From the NCBI GenBank assembly GCA_963809665.1, contig CAWEKC010000005.1, forward strand, positions 11,878-75,877: 64,000 bases of DNA, given 5' to 3'. Position 1 is the stretch's first letter. The number at the start of each line of letters is the position of its first letter. Positions 47,812 to 57,771 of the stretch are shown here, one piece after another. The translations under genes were made by a program, and so were the position numbers. The DNA is from Candidatus Gottesmanbacteria bacterium (lineage in GTDB: Bacteria; Patescibacteriota; Microgenomatia; UBA10105; UBA927). The notes under the pieces were generated by a model. That model worked only from the letters and a program-made list of their open reading frames with translations. It was not told the DNA's origin and ran no database searches.

Positions 47812-48426
47812 GGCTCGGGATGACAAGCCGCCTCCTGCGGCAGCAAATCAATCCGATTTTTTTCAGTAGTGCTACCTGCACACTCGCCGTTTCGCGTGTT
47901 GTGCCGATCCATGCAGCAATTTCCCTGTGAGTTACAGGTACGGGAAAAACGATAATTACTCCTTCTTTTTCTCCGAGATTATGAGCCAAATACAACAGTA
48001 GAAGAATCGTCTTTTTATATGCAGAGCCTGATATGAGGTATTCGATACGATGCCGATACCGCAGAGACCCGAAAGAAGCAGCCGCGTCAGATCGTAGACG
48101 ACCGGAGGATTATTGTGTAAGAATTCCCTTACCGCTTTTTTGGGCGCCCGCCATAGTTCAACCGGCGTGACCGCCTTCAGATAATACCGGTTCGGCTCAT
48201 CATTCACGACCCACGTCACCGGGAAAAATGAGTTCGGCTTAAAAATGTGAAACATAAGCATCGTTCCCCATTCGTCCACCATATACTGACGCACATACCC
48301 TTTCGTAAGGTACATCACGCCCTGCGGGGCATCCTCAGCACGGAGAATGATGTCTCCTTTCCGGTATGTAAGATGCGTAAACTTACCGAAGAACGCATCG
48401 AGCGCTCCCGTTACAATACCATCCAT
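47768..48426 (-). CDS. Crp/Fnr-family regulator, apparent frameshift near 48055
   Basis: cNMP-like domain in the 47956-48426 ORF; HTH THREIAAWIGTTRET in the second frame. Confidence 0.85.
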
Positions 48427-48489
48427 ACGGACAAATAATTACGAATATAGATATGTAGTATTCCATGCGCGGTATGGTATAGTAAACAT

Positions 48490-48918
48490 ATGAAACGCTC
48501 GCTGTACCTGAACCGGATTATTTTTGTTCTTGCTATAGTCGGAATATTGATTGCTGCCTACGTCACCCAGAGCTTCTTACGGAAAGTCGGCATTATCTGT
48601 GTGTCTTCGGGCTGTGAGCTGGTGCGTAAAAGCCCGGCAAGTTATCTTTGGGGCGTACCGGTACCTTCCGTTGGACTTTTAGGATACTCCACAATCGCAA
48701 TCCTCGCGTTTTTACGTACGACAAATCCCGCAAAAGGTTTGTTATACGGAATTCTGGGAATGACAATCTTCGGCGTCCTCTTTACCGGCTGGTTTACGTA
48801 TACGGAACTCTTTGTCATTAAAGGTGTATGCACGTGGTGTGCCATATCCACCGTGAACATGTTTGTCCTCTTCTGCCTCGCTCTCAAAAGTTATACATTG
48901 GAAAAGAAAGGCAAATAA
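48490..48918 (+). CDS. Vitamin K epoxide reductase (VKOR) family protein
   Basis: C..SGC..V..S, GVP and CTWC motifs. Confidence 0.9.
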   Translation: MKRSLYLNRIIFVLAIVGILIAAYVTQSFLRKVGIICVSSGCELVRKSPASYLWGVPVPSVGLLGYSTIAILAFLRTTNPAKGLLYGILGMTIFGVLFTGWFTYTELFVIKGVCTWCAISTVNMFVLFCLALKSYTLEKKGK

Positions 48919-48920
48919 TT

Positions 48921-49682
48921 ATGTTTGATTTGACCGGCAAAGTCGCGCTCGTGACCGGCGCTTCAAGTGGTATCGGAAGAGCCTCAGCACTCGCCCTCTC
49001 AGCCCAGGGAGCTAAAGTGGTCGTTGCTGCACGCCGAATTGATCGTCTGCAGGCGCTTGTGGCAGAAATTAAAAACCACGGAAAAGACGCCCTTGCGGTT
49101 CAAACGGATGTTCTGAAAAAATCTGAAATCGACAATGCAGTCGCTTTGGCGGTCAAAACGTTCGGTCGGCTGGATATACTCCTCAATAACGCCGGGGTGG
49201 GCGCACTCTCCCCCGCACTCGAAATGACGGAGGAAGTGTGGGATACCGTCCTTAATACAAATCTGCGCGCCTACTTTTTGGTCGCACAGGCAGCAGCCCG
49301 CGAAATGGTCAAGAATAAATGGGGTCGCATCATCAATATCGCGTCCATTCTCTCCGGCGGCGTCGGTAGCGGCATGACCGGTGCCGTCAATTATTGTGCC
49401 AGTAAAGGCGGTGTGGTCGCCATGACCGAAGCGCTTGCCGATGAGTTTGCCCTGCAAGGCATCACGGTAAATGCCATAGGACCGGGATTTATAGAAACGG
49501 AAATGACCAAACAGGTGCAGGAAATGCCCGATTTCTACAAAATGCTGTTGGCACGAATTCCGATGCAACGATTCGGTAAAGCGGAAGAAATTGCCGCGGT
49601 CGTGGCATTTTTAGCTTCCGATGAAGCAAGCTATATGACCGGCTCCACACTGTACACCGATGGAGGTTGGACGGCGGCATAA
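48921..49682 (+). CDS. Short-chain dehydrogenase/reductase (FabG-like)
   Basis: TGASSGIG, NNAG, YCASK and PG motifs. Confidence 0.92.
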   Translation: MFDLTGKVALVTGASSGIGRASALALSAQGAKVVVAARRIDRLQALVAEIKNHGKDALAVQTDVLKKSEIDNAVALAVKTFGRLDILLNNAGVGALSPALEMTEEVWDTVLNTNLRAYFLVAQAAAREMVKNKWGRIINIASILSGGVGSGMTGAVNYCASKGGVVAMTEALADEFALQGITVNAIGPGFIETEMTKQVQEMPDFYKMLLARIPMQRFGKAEEIAAVVAFLASDEASYMTGSTLYTDGGWTAA

Positions 49683-49753
49683 TTGCATGGGATGTGCTAG
49701 TATGAATGAAGATACACATGTCGTACTTCTGACCCTGGAGGGAGGTGATACTT

Positions 49754-49900
49754 ATGGCAAAGGCAAAAACGAAAATTAAATTAGATGTAATGAGTATCAC
49801 CGTTCTCTTGGTAATGGCGGTTTTCGGCGGACTCATCGGTTTCTACGTCGGACAGGCGGCGGGAATCAATGCAGCAATTCAGGCAGTCGGAATAAAATAA
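49754..49900 (+). CDS. Small membrane protein (48 aa), not in ORF track
   Basis: GGAGGTG SD; MAKAKTKIKLDVMSITVLLVMAVFGGLIGFYVGQAAGINAAIQAVGIK. Confidence 0.65.
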   Translation: MAKAKTKIKLDVMSITVLLVMAVFGGLIGFYVGQAAGINAAIQAVGIK

Positions 49901-49922
49901 GAAACATTGTTTAACCGGAATA

Positions 49923-49948
49923 TCCCCCGAAGCTTTAGCGGAGGGGGA
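49923..49948. repeat. Intergenic hairpin repeat TCCCCCGAAGCTTTAGCGGAGGGGGA
   Basis: Between convergent genes; near-identical to 15295-15320 inside rho. Confidence 0.7.
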
Positions 49949-49964
49949 TTTTTCGTGCATGGCG

Positions 49965-50624
49965 TCAAAGATACAGCGCTACGGTCATGTTCCAGAAGAT
50001 GTGGACCAGAATCGGGGCAACGAGTGACCCCGTGTTGTAATAGAGGAGGCTGTTGGCGATCGCAAGAACCAAATCCGTCACCAAAAAGAGAATGAGTGTC
50101 GGTCCCTGCAGTTTTGTCATCGTAACCAGAATCGGAATATGGAGGAGGACAAACATCACCGAAGAAACAAGGGATGAGTACATCAGGTTCTTTGTTTTTT
50201 CATACAAACGGTTAAAAACAAACCCGCGCGCGAGTAATTCTTCCGTACAGGCCGTTGCCAGCGACAAAATAATGAGGAAAAATCCGTACTGCTGGAATGC
50301 GGCAATCGGGTTAACGTCCCATGTTCCGTATTTGACGGCATGAGTAACCATGCCTTCAAGCGCAAATACAATACCGAACCCCAACCCGATATATACGCTG
50401 GAAAAAAAATTACGACGGGTGATCCCTAGCGTTGCTAAACTCTGTTTTTCTTTATTGCGGACGTACCAGATGACCGGTGCCACAAACACGAGCGGCTTGA
50501 AGATAAACTCATCGGCCCATTCGGGGAGTTTGAAAAAATACCGGTACAGGCTCCACGCCAGGAGAATCCATGCCCAGAGACGAAAAACACTGGAAACCGA
50601 CGTCACTACTTTTTTGGCAGCCAT
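49965..50624 (-). CDS. CPBP (CAAX/Abi) intramembrane metalloprotease
   Basis: EELLARG, FVLLH and HIFWN motifs. Confidence 0.9.
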   Translation of the reverse strand: MAAKKVVTSVSSVFRLWAWILLAWSLYRYFFKLPEWADEFIFKPLVFVAPVIWYVRNKEKQSLATLGITRRNFFSSVYIGLGFGIVFALEGMVTHAVKYGTWDVNPIAAFQQYGFFLIILSLATACTEELLARGFVFNRLYEKTKNLMYSSLVSSVMFVLLHIPILVTMTKLQGPTLILFLVTDLVLAIANSLLYYNTGSLVAPILVHIFWNMTVALYL

Positions 50625-50645
50625 ACTATTACAATACCCACTCGT

Positions 50646-51137
50646 TCATTTTGGTGCAAGTATCAATACCGCCTCGCGCATGGTACCTACCAACTGATTC
50701 ACCTGTTCCACGGCCATATCACGTGTAAGCGACCGGTAGTTGTGGGGGAAATAGTGGAATACCATGTTCCTCCCCTCTTTCCACGTATGCCAAAGCCGTG
50801 CCGCCAGCTGATCGCCGTATCGGTCGCTGATTTGTTTATACGCACTTCTGTCGCCGAGACGGTGGACCATATTCGGAGACAATACTTTACCGATACGGAA
50901 ATGGTCGCTCCTGTACTCGCGGTCGGATATAATGTGTGCGTCCAGAAATAATTTTTTCAAAAATCCTTCGTAGAGCTTCGCGAACGGGAATACAAGGTAT
51001 GAAAAATCCTGCCTGCCGGCAGGCAGGCCGTCGGCTGTATGCCTGATACTGTCTTCAATCAAGAACTCCCCGTCCCGGACGAGCGCCCGCATATCCGGCG
51101 CCAAATACTGCCAAAGTGCTGAGGTTTCTTCCATCAT
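50646..51137 (-). CDS. HEPN-domain protein resembling the RnlA/LsoA nuclease domain
   Basis: DFSYLVFPFAKLYEGFLK motif and an Rx4H motif (RNMVFH). Confidence 0.6.
   Translation of the reverse strand: MMEETSALWQYLAPDMRALVRDGEFLIEDSIRHTADGLPAGRQDFSYLVFPFAKLYEGFLKKLFLDAHIISDREYRSDHFRIGKVLSPNMVHRLGDRSAYKQISDRYGDQLAARLWHTWKEGRNMVFHYFPHNYRSLTRDMAVEQVNQLVGTMREAVLILAPK
51008..51027. repeat. Perfect 20-bp palindrome CCTGCCTGCCGGCAGGCAGG, in frame (GLPAGRQD)
   Basis: Read directly; identical to the core at 12989-13008. Confidence 0.9.
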
Positions 51138-51595
51138 GACCAGCGTAAGAATAGAAGCGTTTCTACGACAAAAAGTGCGGCGAAAATAAGCATTCCCCAA
51201 CGCTGGAGTGCGGGAGCAACCGGTCCTTCAACCATGCGGTACCACGAGTTGAGATTACCCGTAATCTGCCATTCACCGACCTGCCAAAGAATCATGGTTA
51301 AATAGAGCGTCAGCACCAATCCTTCGGCAAGCATACTGTCTGCGCTCGTTACGACAAACAGCGACAGAACGACAAATGCTCCGGCAAATACGATGCTCCG
51401 AAACGGTGAGGGGCTGATGGCAAAAAATACTTCTGACGCATCCAATAAATAGACGCCTACAACGCCGCCGAGGATAAACCAGACGGAATCAAGGGGCGGA
51501 TGTATAAACCACTTCAGGATTCCGGCTACAAGCAGATATCCGAGTGAGATAAATAGAAACAGAAGCGGCTTGCGGGAGATTATCTGTTTGAACAT
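51134..51595 (-). CDS. Hypothetical membrane protein
   Basis: About 5 TM helices; TATACT-6-ATG. Confidence 0.65.
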   Translation of the reverse strand: MFKQIISRKPLLFLFISLGYLLVAGILKWFIHPPLDSVWFILGGVVGVYLLDASEVFFAISPSPFRSIVFAGAFVVLSLFVVTSADSMLAEGLVLTLYLTMILWQVGEWQITGNLNSWYRMVEGPVAPALQRWGMLIFAALFVVETLLFLRWS

Positions 51596-51599
51596 ATCT

Positions 51600-51872
51600 C
51601 TAGTATACAACGGTGAAGTTAAAAAATTCACCCGTTTCACGGAGCCACGTAATCTCAACGCGTTCAACCCACGCCACATCCGGGCCGTGTTTACAATATT
51701 TTATTAATTCGTCGAGTTTTTCTTTTTTGCCCTCCGCGACAATCTCCACAGCACCATCTTCCCTGTTTTTTACCCACCCCGTAAGCCCCAAACCCTGAGC
51801 TCGTCGTACAACCCACGCGCGATACCCCACGCCTACGACATCTCCGGAGATTATTAGACGTACCCGTTTCAC
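51600..51872 (-). CDS. acyP: Acylphosphatase
   Basis: GDVVGVGYR and GWVKN.EDGAVE motifs. Confidence 0.92.
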   Translation of the reverse strand: MKRVRLIISGDVVGVGYRAWVVRRAQGLGLTGWVKNREDGAVEIVAEGKKEKLDELIKYCKHGPDVAWVERVEITWLRETGEFFNFTVVY

Positions 51873-52147
51873 TCCTTGCCTTTCCGCAACTCACCCATTT
51901 TCCACATAAAAAGCTTGGCGCGGCTCCTGGCATTGGCATCCTTGACGAAACTTAATGCTTTCTCCAGTACGGCACGCGGAACCGTCTTGGCCAGACGTAT
52001 GTAGAGCGCCTTGTGTTTGTAATCATCCAGAGATTCTGCCAGATAAATCCCGTAGGACTGGAATTCGCGGGAAATGTATTTGTCTTCCAGCGGGTTAAAT
52101 TTTTTGAGGATATCTCCGATCGCTGGGATAACGGTTTGGTCTGCCAT
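51869..52147 (-). CDS. Hypothetical protein
   Basis: 92 aa ORF tightly packed between pth and acylphosphatase. Confidence 0.7.
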   Translation of the reverse strand: MADQTVIPAIGDILKKFNPLEDKYISREFQSYGIYLAESLDDYKHKALYIRLAKTVPRAVLEKALSFVKDANARSRAKLFMWKMGELRKGKE

Positions 52148-52149
52148 AC

Positions 52150-52716
52150 CTAATTAAATCTGTTCATCGCCACGTCAATACCCTTGAGAATGGCCATCTG
52201 GACCGCCTGCGTTCCGTGTTTGATAAGGTGTTTAAACGATCCGGCCTCCGACTGGCGGAACCGCGACAATACAAATGAAATCACGGATCGGTCGTTTGTA
52301 TCTGTCCCTCTCCCTATACCGAGGCGGAACCGGATAAATTCATCGGTACCCAGTTCTTTAATAACGGATTCTATGCCGTGATGCCCGGCGCTCCCGCCTT
52401 TCTCACGGATTTTTATCTTCCCGAGGGGCAGATCGATATCATCATGAATAACCCATACGTCGGCGGGAGTCAGTTTGTAAAAATTCACGAGCGCGCGGAC
52501 CGCAAACCCGGATTTGTTCATAAACGTCTGGGGTTTTACCAACAGCACTTCGCCGATTTTCGCCGTCAGCACATTCTTTTTCTCATCCTTTTGCCATGCT
52601 GGCGGCACACCGGCTCCTAATTCTTTCTCCAACTTATCGATTACCATGAATCCGATGTTGTGGCGGGTATCTTTATATTCACTCCCGGGATTACCAAGGC
52701 CGACAATGAGTTTCAT
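52150..52716 (-). CDS. pth: Peptidyl-tRNA hydrolase
   Basis: GLGNPG, TRHNIGF, KPQTFMN, HDD and GHHG motifs. Confidence 0.97.
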   Translation of the reverse strand: MKLIVGLGNPGSEYKDTRHNIGFMVIDKLEKELGAGVPPAWQKDEKKNVLTAKIGEVLLVKPQTFMNKSGFAVRALVNFYKLTPADVWVIHDDIDLPLGKIKIREKGGSAGHHGIESVIKELGTDEFIRFRLGIGRGTDTNDRSVISFVLSRFRQSEAGSFKHLIKHGTQAVQMAILKGIDVAMNRFN

Positions 52717-53210
52717 GAGAGTAATTGTACCACGTCTCCGTCGGAGACCTGCGTAAAATCGCGGTAGAACTGCCCGACAGATTCGAAATTATCAGGTTTT
52801 TCCAACACGATGACCTTATCTGCCAGCGATTGAAGCGTATGAACGACATCCGGCGGGGCGACCGGCAACGCAACGATGATTTTTTTAACACCGTGGTCAC
52901 GAACCCAACGGATCGCGGCTGCTATAGTCGCGCCTGTTGCCGCCCCGTCGTCCGTTAAAATGATAATTTTGCCGCGGACATCAAGCGATTGCCTGTCCGG
53001 CACAATGGCACCGGTAGCCAGTTCGGGATTTCCGGGACTTCCGATTTTTTTTACCACGAGTACATCAAACGGTTTTTGAATGACCTTTGAAACTCCTGAG
53101 GCAACCACTGCCCCGCCGTGCGCTATTCCGATGACAAGATTGGTGGCTTTTGAAGAAGCTGTCAGTTGTTTACCCAACAATTTGCCTGCTTCGAAGCGAT
53201 CCGTAAACAC
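52713..53210 (-). CDS. Phosphoribosyltransferase-family protein
   Basis: FTDRFEAG, KKIGSPGNPELA, LTDDGAATG and VGQFYRDF motifs. Confidence 0.88.
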   Translation of the reverse strand: MFTDRFEAGKLLGKQLTASSKATNLVIGIAHGGAVVASGVSKVIQKPFDVLVVKKIGSPGNPELATGAIVPDRQSLDVRGKIIILTDDGAATGATIAAAIRWVRDHGVKKIIVALPVAPPDVVHTLQSLADKVIVLEKPDNFESVGQFYRDFTQVSDGDVVQLLS

Positions 53211-53236
53211 GATTGTTCCCCTTCCTCACAACAACA

Positions 53237-53262
53237 AGTACTTGGGTAATACCCCAAGTACT
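53237..53262 (-). terminator. Possible terminator hairpin
   Basis: AGTACTTGGG-N6-CCCAAGTACT perfect 10-bp stem after the DUF4870 gene. Confidence 0.5.
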
Positions 53263-53285
53263 CATTGTTTAACATCTCAAAACCA

Positions 53286-53612
53286 TTACTTCATTTTCGC
53301 CAACTGTTTTTCCGCGAGTTCTCCGACGTACGGAACCTTATACATCTCTCCCTGGAAGGACTTCCACATAAGAACTATCCAGAGGATAAATGCGACAAAA
53401 GATAAAAGGAGTCCCGTGAGCCATCCCAATATCGGGATGAATCCCAACACAATATTGACGACGAATATGCCGCCGAACAATATGGTGGACTGCATCGCAT
53501 GAAAACGGACGAATTTATTCTGCTTTTCGACAAGAAGAATAATGATACCGGTAACAAACCCCAGTAAGTAGGATGCTGCTGCAAGTAAATTTTCGTTGCT
53601 TTTTTCTGCCAT
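53286..53612 (-). CDS. DUF4870 membrane protein
   Basis: FVRFHAMQS and YKVPYVG motifs; GGAGGTG SD. Confidence 0.85.
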   Translation of the reverse strand: MAEKSNENLLAAASYLLGFVTGIIILLVEKQNKFVRFHAMQSTILFGGIFVVNIVLGFIPILGWLTGLLLSFVAFILWIVLMWKSFQGEMYKVPYVGELAEKQLAKMK

Positions 53613-53698
53613 TCTATTCACCTCCCCTCAAAAATTCATTATCTATATTTTACCACAACTATCTACACGATAACGAAGCGGTACCATGCCGTCAATGG

Positions 53699-55015
53699 CT
53701 AAAAAATCGACAATTGTTCTTTGGAAGCATCAATGAGCGGTTTTTGTTCGCCTTCGCGCCAGAGCTTCACGACACCGAATACGCCATCATAGCCCGGATC
53801 TATAACGATGTCCCCGGCGCGTACTTTATCAACACCGGCCGCCACCCGTTCCCCGGCAATTTTGGCAATGTCCGCATGGCCAGCTTTCAAAAGAACACTA
53901 AATTCTCCGCCCAGCGCATCGGTTAATACACGGTAGGGTGTTTGCACTTTCGGACTGGCAACCGGCGACCCGAGGCATTCGGAAATAATTTCCTGGAGGG
54001 GTACCAGCATGACAAACGGCGGACGTTTCGGAAACGCGCCGCTCATAATCATTCCTGTTTTTGTCTTAGTAAGCCGCAGATCCTCTTCACTTCGTCCGGC
54101 GAGCTCTCCGACACGCTGCTCAACTCCCTGAACGAGCGGTTTCCCGCACACCGGACAGATCGAACCTTTTTCCGCAGTCTCTTTCGGTCCCCAACGGATA
54201 TTGCACGCGCGGTGGCCGGACCAGTGATACTTCCCCTCCTCCGGGTAAAATTCTATCGTATAGGCGATTTTTGATGGCCCTTTTTGTTTGATAGCATCTG
54301 TAATTGCCGCATAACTGAGGTTTCCCTCGGGAATTTCAAATACCGTGGATTCCCGGCCTAATTTTGGCCCGCTGTGTGCGTCGGAAAAAGAAACGATTGA
54401 ACGGGTATCCAATTCTTTAATCCGCCAGTTCATCGCGGGACTGCTCGAAAGACCGGTCTCAACAGCATAGACGTATTTCGCAAACGGGCCGTATGCTTCT
54501 TCTATGCTGTTAAATCCGCTTTTGGCGCCGTATACGGAAAACCACGGCGTCCAGGCGTGCGCCGGAATTATCATTGCACGGGGTTCGATCGTGAGCACTA
54601 ACTCTGCTACCTGTATTGAAGTGAGACCGATAATCGGCCTGCCGTCGCTCATAAGGTTACAACCCTGTCTGGTCATTTCTTTATTAATTTTGTCGGCAGC
54701 CTCAAGGGACGGTACCCAAATCAATGTGTGGATGCGGCGGCCTTTACCATTTTGTGTATAAATACAGGAAACTTCGGTTGCAAGAAGAAATAACGGGGCG
54801 TTTCGCGCAGATGCTTTTAACTTTAATAACCCGTTGCCGAGTTCTTCAAGGTTTGCCTTGATCTCCCGCATCCAGAGGGGATGCGTCCAATCGCCGGTTG
54901 CCACAAGCCCCATGCCTTTGCGTCCCGTCCACGCAGAAATTTCCGGTAACACCATATTGGGTGATACAGCACGCGAGTATTTTGAGTGTAATTGAAGATC
55001 CGCGATAACCTGCAT
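53699..55015 (-). CDS. Endonuclease Q family protein (PHP domain plus Zn ribbon)
   Basis: DLQLHSKYS, TGDWTHP, PAHAWTPW, ETGLS, SDAHS, GKYH, CPVC and PGYDGVFG motifs. Confidence 0.85.
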   Translation of the reverse strand: MQVIADLQLHSKYSRAVSPNMVLPEISAWTGRKGMGLVATGDWTHPLWMREIKANLEELGNGLLKLKASARNAPLFLLATEVSCIYTQNGKGRRIHTLIWVPSLEAADKINKEMTRQGCNLMSDGRPIIGLTSIQVAELVLTIEPRAMIIPAHAWTPWFSVYGAKSGFNSIEEAYGPFAKYVYAVETGLSSSPAMNWRIKELDTRSIVSFSDAHSGPKLGRESTVFEIPEGNLSYAAITDAIKQKGPSKIAYTIEFYPEEGKYHWSGHRACNIRWGPKETAEKGSICPVCGKPLVQGVEQRVGELAGRSEEDLRLTKTKTGMIMSGAFPKRPPFVMLVPLQEIISECLGSPVASPKVQTPYRVLTDALGGEFSVLLKAGHADIAKIAGERVAAGVDKVRAGDIVIDPGYDGVFGVVKLWREGEQKPLIDASKEQLSIF

Positions 55016-55021
55016 GGAATG

Positions 55022-55840
55022 TTATTCGAACAGTTCTTTCATTAAAGACTTCAATCTAGCATCGTACCGCTTCAGTACCGTCTGTTGCGTTCTTTTTTTC
55101 TTTTCGTAGACATGTCCTCCGGTAAGATACCCGGGTATGAAACGTACGGGATATTTAAAAAATAAGTAGGGCAACCCGGACATGAGATATTGCTGTAAAA
55201 GTTTCAGTTTTCCTTCTTTCCGTAACCGTCTCATGGACCAGATATACAGTGTTTCGGGAATGACCGTAAACGGAAAGCCTTTTTTGTGCAACCGCATACT
55301 AAGGTCTACGTCCTCATTAAACACACGGGTCTCATCGTATCCTCCCACGATATTGAAAACGCTTCGTAACACAACAGTCAGAGGTCCCGGCGCCATCGGC
55401 CTATGGAGGATAATGGACATTTCAAAAATCATATTCGCCAGCAGAGCAATATTTGCATCGCTTGGCAGTTTGGAGTCCGGCCGGGTCCATGTGGTAAAAA
55501 TTTTTGGATGTTCCGTTTCAATATATTGACCGATGCGTTCAATAAACGTCGGCAAGAGTACGCTGTCAGCATCCACAAACACCAGCCACTCCCCTGACGA
55601 TTCTCCTGCTCCCACGTTCCGTTGCCTGGAAACACCGGGGCCATCGGTTACCAGAACGGTAAGGTGCGGTAATTTCCGTTTATACCCTCCGGCAACCGCA
55701 ACTGTTTTATCTTTGGACGCGCCGTCCACGACGACTACTTCAAAATCCTTCCGGGTCTGCGCCGTAAGTGATTCCAGTAATGTGGGCAGATATTTCTCTT
55801 CGTTTAAGGTAGGGATGATGACGGAATAGTGAATGGCCAT
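55022..55840 (-). CDS. GT2 glycosyltransferase
   Basis: IIPTLNEE, VVDG.S.D, FVDAD and GGYDE..ED motifs. Confidence 0.92.
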   Translation of the reverse strand: MAIHYSVIIPTLNEEKYLPTLLESLTAQTRKDFEVVVVDGASKDKTVAVAGGYKRKLPHLTVLVTDGPGVSRQRNVGAGESSGEWLVFVDADSVLLPTFIERIGQYIETEHPKIFTTWTRPDSKLPSDANIALLANMIFEMSIILHRPMAPGPLTVVLRSVFNIVGGYDETRVFNEDVDLSMRLHKKGFPFTVIPETLYIWSMRRLRKEGKLKLLQQYLMSGLPYLFFKYPVRFIPGYLTGGHVYEKKKRTQQTVLKRYDARLKSLMKELFE

Positions 55841-55854
55841 ACGTGTGGCCCGTA

Positions 55855-57573
55855 TTATACCTTAGACCCCTGATTTTTGTACATTGCGGTTAGCTCCGCA
55901 ACGGTCGTTGCCTCCCGTGGTGATTTATCGTCACGGATACGTACCAGGCGCGGGAACCGGACCGCAATACCCGCCCCGTGAGTCGGTGAGCGGGTCAGAT
56001 CGTCACCGGCAAGCTCAACGACTATTTTAGGCGCCACCCAAACATCCGGGTAAAGCTGCTTGTTCACGTCCTTGTATTCTCGGGGTTGTTTTAACACTTT
56101 AATATCGTTTAAGCGTTTACGGATTTCTTTCCACAGTTCGTCCGTGACCCCGGTACCGATTTTCGTTACCGTCACAATGCTTTCCCCCTCCGCCACACCC
56201 ACAAGAAATGCGCCTATCCCGAAGCGGCTACGCTTGCCTTCTCCGCGGTAATATCCCATGATGACGGCATCTATCGTATCCGTCAGTTTACCGGTTTTGC
56301 CTTCTTCCTCTTTAAATTTCACCCAGTGGTACCCGGCCCGGCCCGGCTCATAGATGCTGTCCCATTTTTTAACCACCGCGCCCTCGAGTCCTTTCTTAAG
56401 TTGTTCATCATGATACCGGCGGATATCATCGGCATCGTGTGTCACTATCTGCGGCGAAAGCATGAGGTGATTGTTTTTCCGGATTGTCTCCTCCAATATC
56501 TTCCGGCGCCCGGATAGCGGCAGGGATAACAGCTCTTTGCCGTTTTTATAAAGGATGTCAAATACGAAAAATTTCAGAGGAATGTTTTTGGCGGATTCGG
56601 TGATCCCGTGCTTCCGTTTTCTTGTCGAAGTTTCCTGGAACGGAACCAGTTTGTCGTGTTTGGCATCATACCCTACAGCTTCACTGTCCAATATCACGTC
56701 GTCTACGGCAAGCTCCCGGCCTATATCGGTCAATTCGGGAAACATGGGTGATGTATTTTCAAGATTCCTTGAAAACGAGGAAACTCCCGTGCCGCGCTTG
56801 AAATGAATTTGTACACGCACGCCGTCATATTTGGGTTCTACCGCCACCTCGCCCATTTTTTTAATCATCTCATCTGCATTAGGCAGGCGGGCGCAAAGGG
56901 ACGCTAAAATCGGCGCACCGACTTTCACATGGATATGCGCGAGTCCTTTCATCCCGTCCTTTTTTACTTCGGTCGCCAAAAGCCCGATATCCGGCCGGAC
57001 GTTATATGCCGCCTCGAGCCTGCTACGAAGCGATTTATCCCCCGCTTTCATCCATGAAAGCGCATCCAGAATAGTCATATCCGAAAATCCTAACCGGAGT
57101 TTATCCAGAGGTATACGCGCGATGTATCGAGCCGAAAGCGCATCAGTGCCTCTGAGTAGATCCGCAAGCAATCCGATTTTTTTCTCCTGCGATCCTTCCC
57201 CTCCCACGCGTGCAAGTGCGTCGAGATTAACAAAAACCTCATGAACGGATAAGTTTTTATTATCATGTAACGAAACATGATAACAATCCTCTGCCGCTTT
57301 ACCCAAATCCCCATATTTTCTAAATGACTGCCGGACTTTGTTTTCATCGCATCCGTAGGCTTTGGCAATGGCGCGGATCATAAACTTATCGGCAACACCG
57401 AATTCAACCGCTTCGTAGAGGGGAACCGTGCGCCCCTGCACAAGATAACAGATTTCACCGATTTCCTGCGGTTTGGCATGGCGGAATAGTTCTGAAAGTA
57501 TCTCGGTCATGCTGTTCCGGGATGCCGTCACCTCAAGGCGCTGAAAATACTTTGCAAGCTCGGAAAATGTCAT
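55855..57573 (-). CDS. ATP-dependent DNA ligase with N-terminal DNA-binding domain (archaeal/LigB-like)
   Basis: EPKYDG, FDIL, EGAVVK, WVKFK and RFPR..RIRDDK motifs. Confidence 0.95.
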   Translation of the reverse strand: MTFSELAKYFQRLEVTASRNSMTEILSELFRHAKPQEIGEICYLVQGRTVPLYEAVEFGVADKFMIRAIAKAYGCDENKVRQSFRKYGDLGKAAEDCYHVSLHDNKNLSVHEVFVNLDALARVGGEGSQEKKIGLLADLLRGTDALSARYIARIPLDKLRLGFSDMTILDALSWMKAGDKSLRSRLEAAYNVRPDIGLLATEVKKDGMKGLAHIHVKVGAPILASLCARLPNADEMIKKMGEVAVEPKYDGVRVQIHFKRGTGVSSFSRNLENTSPMFPELTDIGRELAVDDVILDSEAVGYDAKHDKLVPFQETSTRKRKHGITESAKNIPLKFFVFDILYKNGKELLSLPLSGRRKILEETIRKNNHLMLSPQIVTHDADDIRRYHDEQLKKGLEGAVVKKWDSIYEPGRAGYHWVKFKEEEGKTGKLTDTIDAVIMGYYRGEGKRSRFGIGAFLVGVAEGESIVTVTKIGTGVTDELWKEIRKRLNDIKVLKQPREYKDVNKQLYPDVWVAPKIVVELAGDDLTRSPTHGAGIAVRFPRLVRIRDDKSPREATTVAELTAMYKNQGSKV

Positions 57574-57755
57574 TTGATGTAGAAAAAGTAGGCAAGGGCG
57601 ATAAGTATAAGGAAGACGATGCCAAATCCTATTGCAACCCCGCCGTCGGGCTCATGTTTACTTACCTTTTCTATCCCCTGAAAGATAACAACAACCACAA
57701 ACAATGAAGGGATAATCATGAGGGCGTACACGACACCCGGTCCGGATAGATCCAT
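57570..57755 (-). CDS. Small two-TM membrane protein
   Basis: 61 aa; GAGGGG SD; ATGA-coupled to the ligase. Confidence 0.65.
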   Translation of the reverse strand: MDLSGPGVVYALMIIPSLFVVVVIFQGIEKVSKHEPDGGVAIGFGIVFLILIALAYFFYIK

Positions 57756-57771
57756 ACCCCTCTATCATCTC

